Source: Zygophlyctis sp. KS116 (taxonomy: Eukaryota; Fungi; Chytridiomycota). Taken from it: a stretch of DNA of 32,000 nt. Below the pieces are notes generated by a model. It searched no databases. It saw nothing but the letters and a program-made list of their open reading frames with translations, and was not told the DNA's origin. Position 1 is the stretch's first letter; each line of letters opens with the position of its first letter. This document shows, one piece after another, positions 24,391-32,000 of this stretch. The DNA lies in NCBI GenBank assembly GCA_054661495.1, contig BAAFSQ010000024.1, positions 39,629 to 71,628 on the forward strand, read 5' to 3'. Position numbers and translations under genes: made by a program.

Positions 24391-25404
24391 ATGTGGAATT
24401 TCAAGGCACAAGGAAAGTCACACAGAGTATATGATAACTATCCAGTATTTTTTTATTAAACTCAAATTTAGAATATTTTAAGGATTTCAAAAGTAGAATT
24501 CAAAAGGACGGGGCAGGAACAAGAGTATGTAAGGGACTATCATGATCTAGTGACTACTAGACTTTTAGGTAAAAGATATTATTCTCCTCTACAATTGGTG
24601 TCTTTGGTGGATTTTACAGATTTGGAAGAATCAACTTTGGGAGGTTTTGGATTATTACAATTGGACTATTCAGTCTCTAAAACTTGTAAAGTTTTGACTC
24701 TAGAAATTAAACCAAAATATGCAATTTCAAATGGTCCGGTTTGTGATTTTTGTTGTACAGCATACTTGAAACATTTGAAAGGAGACAAGGAATTTATAAA
24801 GGATTTTTGTCCTTTTGATTTATACTCTCTTGAACCTAGTAGAATTGAAAGAGCATTAAAGGCATTATTGGAAAATTCAAGATTAAAGATATTTTATAAT
24901 GGTGTACAAGAAAGAAGAGGGATTTTAGAAATGTATTCAAGTTTAAAAGAGTATTTACAAGATATTATAGAAATTTTAATCAAGGATGGAATATTAGAAA
25001 AATTAAACAAGGCTCATTTACACGCAAGAGAATTACCATTACAGAATTTTGGAGTCTTGACCTTGAAAAATTCTAGAGAAATTTCAAAATTACAAGAGGC
25101 TCTAGACTCTTTTGATAAAACTGATAAAGATTTTATGAAATTTTTAATTTCAAAATCACTCATGGATGTTTCTTTAATGATTAAAATTGAAAATTTAGAG
25201 ACTATTGGATCTAAAAAAATTGGAAAATACTATTATAGTGTAGGAGTGATTGATGTTCAACCAAAAGATTTTCAGAAATTAGCCTATTATTCTCAAATTG
25301 AACAAGAAATTACCAAAATTACTGGGATTAGACACTGTCCGATTTCCCAAGATGGAATTTTTGACGCTCTTCTAAAAGACAAGACACCCATTCTTGAACA
25401 ATAG
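24391..25404 (+). CDS. IPK1: Inositol-pentakisphosphate 2-kinase (328 aa, 1 intron)
   Basis: Motifs LEIKPK, CDFC, FCPFDLYS, DVSLMI and VIDVQPK. First exon MWNFKAQGKSHRV resembles the W.Y..EG..H/N.V G-loop and is joined by intron 24445-24471. Confidence 0.85.
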
Positions 25405-25918
25405 CAGTCTTAAATTTACCACTGGTAGATTCAAAAAAGGATTCTAGAGATTCACTTGTTGAATTACTTTTTTCATATTCAAATGCCTGAACGATCATTT
25501 CAAATTTATCCAAGTCTTTTACAATTTGTGCTTCAAAAGACTCTCCTTTTTCATACTCTAACCAGAGATCATTCATTTCAATAGCTTCAGGACTTGAATT
25601 TAAAGTTCTGACCAAGAAGGACATTCCAGCAGATTCTAGTTCATATTTTTCTTTAGGAGGAACACCGTCGTATGGAGTTATATCTCCCACTCTTGCTTCT
25701 GCAACATCATGAATCAGTGCCATTTTAATAATTTTGTTTCTATCTATTCTAGAATCACTTGGAACCATAAATGCTAGTAAAGCCATTCTATACATATGAT
25801 CAGATATTGATTCTGGATCTTCAACTTTGGATCTAACCCATCCAGTCCTTGGTGTACTTTTTAAAGTGGAAATTGCATGAGCAAAATTAAGAATATTCAT
25901 TCCTCTGATACTAACCAT
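25328..25918 (-). CDS. HDDC2: HD-domain 5'-deoxynucleotidase (HDDC2/YGK1-like)
   Basis: LKSTPRTGWV, ESISDHMYRM, MALIHDVAEARVGDITP and VKDLDKFEMIVQAFEYE. Intronless. An alternative ATG lies at 25900. Confidence 0.94.
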   Translation of the reverse strand: MVSIRGMNILNFAHAISTLKSTPRTGWVRSKVEDPESISDHMYRMALLAFMVPSDSRIDRNKIIKMALIHDVAEARVGDITPYDGVPPKEKYELESAGMSFLVRTLNSSPEAIEMNDLWLEYEKGESFEAQIVKDLDKFEMIVQAFEYEKSNSTSESLESFFESTSGKFKTAIVQEWVSCLLEERQKFHLGKSDSV

Positions 25919-25957
25919 TCTCCATCATCTAATTCTACCCCTCTTGAGTCGCTTAAA

Positions 25958-27899
25958 ATGGATTTTCTTGTGCAGGAACAAATCAAGGGCCCGCTGCTAG
26001 AATGGATACAAAGTCTTGATGAATCTGCAGTCTTGAATTCTGTCGACTGGTGGAAAATATTGAAAATTCTGTAATTTTAAGAATTAAACAGTAGAGATTT
26101 TGATTTCTTTCAGGAAAACTATAGCGAAGATGATGTAAAAAATGTAGTGATGAAATGGTTTTTAGAGAAATATCCTAAAAAGGACAAGCAGATTCTAGAA
26201 TTCCTACGAAAATCAGAATCAAATTTAGACTTGGAATTTGATATTCTTGCTAGTTTGTTGCTAGTAATTGCTGTGCAATCAAACTCGAATGAAATCTTTA
26301 TAGAAAAAATGCAACAGTTGTCTATAGAAACTCAAATATCTCTTAAAAATATCATTCAAGGTGTAATCCAGGTACTCACGATGAATGGCAATGAAACTAG
26401 AGATTGCAATTTTCAAGAGGAAATAAGAGATTTGCAACTGGAATTAGACGAGTCCAGTATGAAATTACAAGAAAAATCAGAATTAATTGAGAAATTACAA
26501 AAACAAGTGGTTGATTTTGGGAAATTGAAGATTGAGAATCAAGAAATGAAGGAAATTAAGCAAGAATTGGAGTTTTTAAAAGAAAAACATTCAAAAACTG
26601 AAGTATTGCTACAAAAATATAAAAAGAAACTTGATGAAAATCAGTCAGTAAAAGGAAAAGAAATTGACGATTTATTAAAAGCAAAAAATAATGAAATTTC
26701 AAAATTACAAGAGGAGGCAAGGAGAGATGGATTATTGAAGAAAATGATAATATCTTATAAAGAACAAGTTACAAAGCTTGAAACTGGGAACTCTGCCCTA
26801 CAGGTTGAAAAAACAAGTCTTTCTAATCAAATTATGGAACTTTCAAAGGAATTGTGTTTGGTAAAAGAATCAAGTCAAGAGCAAATCAGGCTTTTGAATG
26901 ATAGAATAATTGAAATTTCAAATCAGAAAATGGATCAAGGCTCTGAATTGAAAGGAAATACGCTCGATCAAGATCAGAAAATAGGACAACTTGAAGCTTT
27001 AAATGTAGAATCTAGGCAGGAAATTACTCATTTATCAGATAAAATTCTAGTTTTAGAGAATCAGCTGGATGATATGACTAGGCTTAAAAATGCTTTTGAT
27101 CAAGATTATCGTAAAACTCTAGAACTTAATTCAAGACTCCAATTGGAGAATAAGGAATTGATTTTGAAAGCGGTTCAAACAAAAGATGAGGCATCATTGT
27201 TACAAAGATTGGAAATTTCTCAAAATGCGGCTCATGAGACTTCTTTCTTAAATGCTGAGCAGGCTCAGACTATAAAAGCAATCACGCAGCAGTTACAGTT
27301 AGCGCAAGAGGAGAGTCGTTTAAAACACGGCCAAGTTAATTCCTTACTTCAGGAAAAGGAATCTCTAGTGTCTAAAGTTGCCCAATTAAAGGAACAATTA
27401 AATTCAACGGAAAAACTTTTGGCTGAAGCACAGGCTTCAATCAGTACGCAGGATCTACAGACCCGAAATATATCTCCTGCTAATATTAATAGTAAATTAG
27501 CATCCGCTACACAAAAAATAGTGCAGCTTACTGATCAAAATGCGCTCCTTCACCAGGCTTTAAGAAAGGCCAAAAATGTATGTATATTTTCTAAAAGTTT
27601 AGCATATCCTTTTACTAGATAAGACAATCAAGGATCAAAAATCTCTACAGATTGTACATTCAGATCAAAACCCCTATGCTGAAGCCATTCACTCATTTGA
27701 GACTCAACTTTCAGAGAAGAATCAGGAAATCAGCCGTCTTAGAAAAGATTTGACAGACTTACAAGACTCTACCAAAAAGGAGGAAGAATTGATGAGCTCT
27801 GCCTGGTATAATCTCTGTTCTACGTTAAAAACATCCGAGCTGGACACATTGGCGGGTGATAGTTCATGGCTCCACCCAGGAAAAAGTCAATTTTTATAG
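25958..27899 (+). CDS. HOOK: Hook-family dynein adaptor (about 630 aa, 2 introns)
   Basis: N-terminal LLEWIQSL and LLLVIAVQS...FIEKMQQLSIETQ..L..IIQ, long coiled coil, C-terminal KKEEELMSSAWYNL. Introns 26071-26094 (or 26091) and 27578-27602. Confidence 0.88.
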
Positions 27900-27946
27900 C
27901 AAGATAAAATCTTGTTTTTTTATTCTTTCTAAATTCTTTCCAAGAT

Positions 27947-28732
27947 CTACATCTTCTTTCCAGTCTTTGCCAAGAAATCAGACCATTCTTGATAAGGAGA
28001 TTTAGAGAATTGAGTTTCAGGCCAAAGCTCAGGAGTCAAGAATCCATAAGTATTTCCAATAGCCATAAAACAAGCCTTTAAGAAATTTCCTTGAGTTCTA
28101 GTACAACCTCTAGTTGAAGTATAGCAATCATTAATACCAGCCAAAGTCAAAAGTCTCTTTGCAATAGGAGCAGCAACAATTCCAGTACCACGAGGAGCAG
28201 GAATAATTCTACAATTAGTAGAACCACATTTTCCAGAAACTTTAGTAGGGACAGTGTGTGGTTCACCCAACATAGTTCCCCAGTAACCTCTTCTAACAGG
28301 AATGACTGACAATTTAGCCAAGATCATTGCTCCACGAATAGCAGTAGCAACTTCCTTTGAGCATTTAACACCAAGACCAACATGACCATCAGAATCACCA
28401 ATGATAACAAAAGCCTTAAATCTAGTTCTCTGACCAGCTCTAGTTTGTTTTTGAACAGGCATAATCTTCATGACTTCATCCTTTAATTTTGGCAAGAAAT
28501 GATCCACAATTTGATATTCCTTGATTGGTAAAGAAAAGAGATAGATTTCTTCAATGGATCTAATTTTTCCATCTTGAACCAATCTTCCCAATTTAGTAAC
28601 TGGAACCCATTTTCCTTCTTCAGCCTTTCCACCTCTTCTTCCTCTGCGTTCGCCTCTTCCACGACCACCTCTTCCTCTTCCTCTTCCGAATCCACCTCTT
28701 GGAGCGCTCTGGGCTAAAGTGCTATCAGCCAT
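27947..28732 (-). CDS. RPS2: 40S ribosomal protein S2 (uS5)
   Basis: RGG-rich N-terminus, [32 protein letters not shown] and [10 protein letters not shown]. Confidence 0.99.
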   Translation of the reverse strand: MADSTLAQSAPRGGFGRGRGRGGRGRGERRGRRGGKAEEGKWVPVTKLGRLVQDGKIRSIEEIYLFSLPIKEYQIVDHFLPKLKDEVMKIMPVQKQTRAGQRTRFKAFVIIGDSDGHVGLGVKCSKEVATAIRGAMILAKLSVIPVRRGYWGTMLGEPHTVPTKVSGKCGSTNCRIIPAPRGTGIVAAPIAKRLLTLAGINDCYTSTRGCTRTQGNFLKACFMAIGNTYGFLTPELWPETQFSKSPYQEWSDFLAKTGKKM

Positions 28733-28735
28733 TAG

Positions 28736-28761
28736 CTAGATTTAGAAGAAGTTGAACTTAC
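28736..28761 (-). other. Probable 26-nt 5'-UTR intron of RPS2
   Basis: Minus strand GTAAGTTCAACTTCTTCTAAATCTAG: perfect GTAAGT donor, CTAA branch-like motif, TAG acceptor 3 nt before the ATG, and typical intron length for this window. Confidence 0.75.
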
Positions 28762-29062
28762 AGTTTTTTTTGATCCTCACCCTCTCAAGTGGCTTCTTTT
28801 GTAACAACCAATTTTGTCACATTTTGTCTGCCAGCGACGAGAGGGAATTGTTAGGCCCAGGTTGAAAGTTTTTATTCTTTGAGTTGTCCCTACTGTCCTG
28901 GAAATCAACTTTAATCCAGTTTTTTATTTTTTAATAATCTCTATCAAGTCTTTACGATAAAAATTTATTGTTGATCTCTCTAAATCTAGATCTAAATATG
29001 AATGCATCAATAGTCCATCTCTCCTTTGAGTATTTAAATTGAACTATGTCATCCACCATTGA

Positions 29063-29101
29063 GACGTCACTGTGCTTACGTCATTCGAGACTAATATAAA
29101 A
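29063..29101 (+). promoter_or_regulatory. Two ACGTCA sites and a TATAAAA box upstream of the orphan micro-ORF
   Basis: ACGTCA at 29064 and 29078, TATAAAA at 29095-29101, then an A-rich leader to the ATG at 29142. Confidence 0.55.
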
Positions 29102-29141
29102 GCAGCTAATTTCAGCCATTGTTTCCAAAAAAACAACAAAA

Positions 29142-29243
29142 ATGATCTCTGCAAAAGCTTTCTTGGTTCTTCTCTTATCTACTATCATGCTAACTACTAA
29201 TGGAGCAGTTCATTATGCAAGGAATGCCCCAGCACATAAGTGA
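29142..29243 (+). CDS. Orphan 33-aa signal-peptide micro-ORF, or first part of a decayed secreted-protein gene
   Basis: MISAKAFLVLLLSTIMLTTNG-AVHYARNAPAHK*: basic residue, hydrophobic core and T-N-G cleavage-like site; AAAAATG start context like neighbouring genes. Confidence 0.45.
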   Translation: MISAKAFLVLLLSTIMLTTNGAVHYARNAPAHK

Positions 29244-29627
29244 ATCTTTTTAGATGGACATTGCGTAGGAAATCGATAAAATATAAAATTGTTTTCAATT
29301 GAATTCAACTTGAGCTTGTGAATATTATAGTTTGAGTGCGAATAACCACATTTGTCAGCGCACAAAAAAGTCTGAAAGTAAATGTTTCCCCAGGAGGCCA
29401 TTGTGATGAAAGTAACAATGTTTATTCTGTTGGGAAGATCATCTTGTTGGGGCTGATTTAGTTTTCCAAAAAGATGAACAGACTCCAAAGGAAGTGGCTT
29501 CATTGGTCCGGTTGGCGCAAACTAACAAGTCTATGAGAACTGCAGTCAAATTAAAATAATTTAGTATTGGTAACTACAACACTAAAGTTTACAATCAACT
29601 GAGCCATAATCCTAACGTAAATTCAAA

Positions 29628-30668
29628 ATGCAACAAACTTTAAAGAAGCGACAGTCTCTTGTAGAATTCACAGCAGAGGATGCATCGACAGCATTAAACT
29701 TGATCATGTCTGGAGAGGCAACCGACGCACAGATTGGAGCTTTTCTAGTTTATCTTGAATTTATTCAGCCAACTCCAGAAATTCTGGCTTCTATATCTGC
29801 TGTTTTATTAAAATATTCTTTCGCTTCTCCTATTAATTGCTCTGATATTGTTGGGACTGGTGGTGATGGTCATAATACATTTAATGTTTCTACTGCGTCT
29901 GCTATAGTTGCTGCTGGAGCTGGTTGTAAAGTAGCAAAGGTAGGAGTGCTAATTGTAATATTTTAGCATGGTAATCGGTCTTCTTCTTCTAATTGTGGCT
30001 CTGCAGATATTCTTGAATCTTTAGGAGTGGATTTAGAAATTGATCCAGTATTAGTCAAGGATTATTTTTCTCTTGGAAATAATGATCAAAATAATTTTGT
30101 ATTCTTGTTTGCACAGAAATGGCATCCAGCACTTAAAAATGTGTCTAGTATTAGAAAGCAATTAGGAATTAGAACAATATTTAATATTCTAGGACCTTTA
30201 ATTAATCCATTTTCTCCAAAATATATGGTTTTAGGAGTATATAAAAAGGAATTAGGATTATTGTTTGCTCAGACTCTGGTATTATTAAAAGTAGAAAAGG
30301 CTTGGGTGGTTCATGGTCTTGAAGGGATAGATGAAATTTCTCCAAATGGATCAACTCTAGTATGGGAAATAAGTAATGGAAATATTACGAATTTTGAAAT
30401 AAGTCCAAAGGATTTTGGATTAGAATGTCATTCTTTAGACTCTGTAAAGGGATCTAAACAAGAAAATACTAGAAATATGACTGATTTACTGAATGGAAAA
30501 ATTCAAGATGGACCTTTATTAGATTTTGTATTACTAAACTCTGCTGCTTTATTATATGTATCTGGACTAGCCACGGATTTAAAGAATGGGGTACAAATTG
30601 CAAAAGATTCTATATATTCTGGAAAGGCATGCAAGTCATTTCAAGATTTTAGAGACTTTAATGTATAG
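29628..30668 (+). CDS. TRP4: Anthranilate phosphoribosyltransferase (337 aa, 1 intron)
   Basis: QIGAFL, DIVGTGGDGHNTFNVST, AK|HGNRSSSSNCGSAD across intron 29940-29966, RTIFNILGPLINP and GIDEISP. Confidence 0.98.
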
Positions 30669-30732
30669 TAATAAAATTCAAGGATTAAAGTACAATGTGT
30701 ACGTCCTTTTTGAAACGTCATTCATTCACTAA

Positions 30733-32000
30733 ATGTCTGACAAGAAGAAGAAAAAGAAGGAAGGGAATGGATCAGCAAAGGAAAAGAAAGGTATATTAAT
30801 AGAATTAAAAGAATAGGAAATGATACAAGTTCTTCTCAGACTATAGAATATTTAGAAGCGAAAATCCTGGATTTAAATGAGAAATCTACTAGATACAAGA
30901 CAAAATATGAGATCATCTCAAAGGAAAATGAATTATTAGGAAAGTCTCAGTCAAAATTCAACAATGATAAAGTAAATCTTTTTATTAATTTTTAGCAAGA
31001 TATCGTAGAGTTTCTAAATATTAAAGTCGGACAACATGAAAAACTAGTTTCTTTTTTGGAAGATAAAGTCAAAAAATTGGAAGAAGAGAACAAGACTCTT
31101 GAACATAGGTCTCTGCATGACATTTATACTCTAAAAACCAATACGAGCAATGAAATTGAAAATTTAACAAATATATGTAGTAAATACAAGGCAGAATTAA
31201 CAGAACTAACATCATTTGCTGTTATAAAATCTGATATGGAGAAAAAACTTTTAATGTATGAAGAATTATTACAAACAAGGGAAAATGAACATCGTGCAAG
31301 TGTTCATAATCTGGAAAAAAAGGTTTTACAGAATAAGAATCAGGTCAAGAGAGAAATGATTCTCAAAGTAAATGAAGCAGTGTCAAATTTTAGAAGAGTT
31401 GCTGATCAACAAATGGCAGAGGTATTCAATTTAAATTAAATCAATAGACAACAAAAAGAGCTCTAAGGGAAAATGTAGCTATAACATCTCAATTAAAAAA
31501 AATGAGCTCAAAAACTCTAGATCTAATTCAAGAGAATAAATCATTAAGTCAAAAAGTAGCAAAATTAACCAATTTAAATTCTTTACTAGGACAAACGGAA
31601 CAAGAATTTGCTAAAAAGAATCAATCAAATCAGATAATTATCAAGATGCTCGTGGAAAAATTAAGAGAGAGTGATAAAATGCTCGAGTTTGCTATTGAAA
31701 GTATTCCTATAAATAATGAAGAGACCCCAGATGTATCTCTAGGAAATATAGCTAATAATGAATATATTTCAGAATTGTCAAAAGTAATCTAGAATTTTTT
31801 AATATTAGGAAATTCAAGAAATAGGAAACAAGAATAGTCTGTTAAACGATTCTCTAGCAGATATTGCAGATATTGCGGCCAAAATCAACTTTACAATCCA
31901 AGATACCATGAATGGACCAATGATAATAAAAAACGTTAAAACGAATTTATTAGAATTAATTCATAAAATTGGAAAATTATCTGGATATGATATTGATGTT
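30733..32000 (+). CDS. CFAP157: Cilia- and flagella-associated protein 157 (3'-partial, 4 introns)
   Basis: Lys-rich start, ILDLNEKSTRY, DK|QDIVEFL and VHNLEKKVLQNKNQVKREMILKVNEAVSNFRRVADQQMAE|TTKRALRENV, matching my recollection of CFAP157. Introns 30791-30816, 30972-30995, 31422-31447 and 31784-31808. The frame is open to the window end. Confidence 0.88.

Noticed and set aside
28630-28700. CCTCTT-type repeat and Glu-rich ORF 28483-28695
   Set aside because: The repeat encodes the normal RGG N-terminus of RPS2; the ORF is an alternate-frame artefact.
29403-29456. C/D-box snoRNA (GTGATGA...CTGA)
   Set aside because: Only 54 nt, no terminal stem, and no rRNA-complementary guide that I could identify.

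Overview
Eukaryotic nuclear DNA from a very compact, AT-rich genome. The fungal-type housekeeping genes (TLG2, COX5, EGD2, TRP4, PGS1) together with motile-flagellum genes (HYDIN, CFAP157) point to a zoosporic fungus, probably a chytrid; this taxonomy is inferred. The ORF track looks fragmented because the genes are split by tiny GT-AG introns. I resolved 42 by hand, all 23-32 nt, and the 41 in coding regions give continuous reading frames. Genes in order: NOT1 (5'-partial, +), NXT1 (-), COX5 (-), TLG2/syntaxin-16 (-), EGD2 (+), HYDIN (-, 4376 aa), an R3H/SUZ protein (+), PGS1 (-), ATG8 (-), IPK1 (+), an HDDC2-like HD nucleotidase (-), HOOK (+), RPS2 (-), an orphan signal-peptide micro-ORF (+), TRP4 (+) and CFAP157 (3'-partial, +). 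Most notable: the ultra-short introns with NMD-visible stops, convergent genes sharing a TTAA stop palindrome or overlapping by 77 nt, divergent start codons only 30 nt apart, an ACGTCA motif seen only upstream of the two flagellar genes and the orphan ORF, and a CpG-poor versus CpG-richer mosaic. No rRNA, tRNA, CRISPR array or mobile element was recognised. All coordinates and counts were made by hand.
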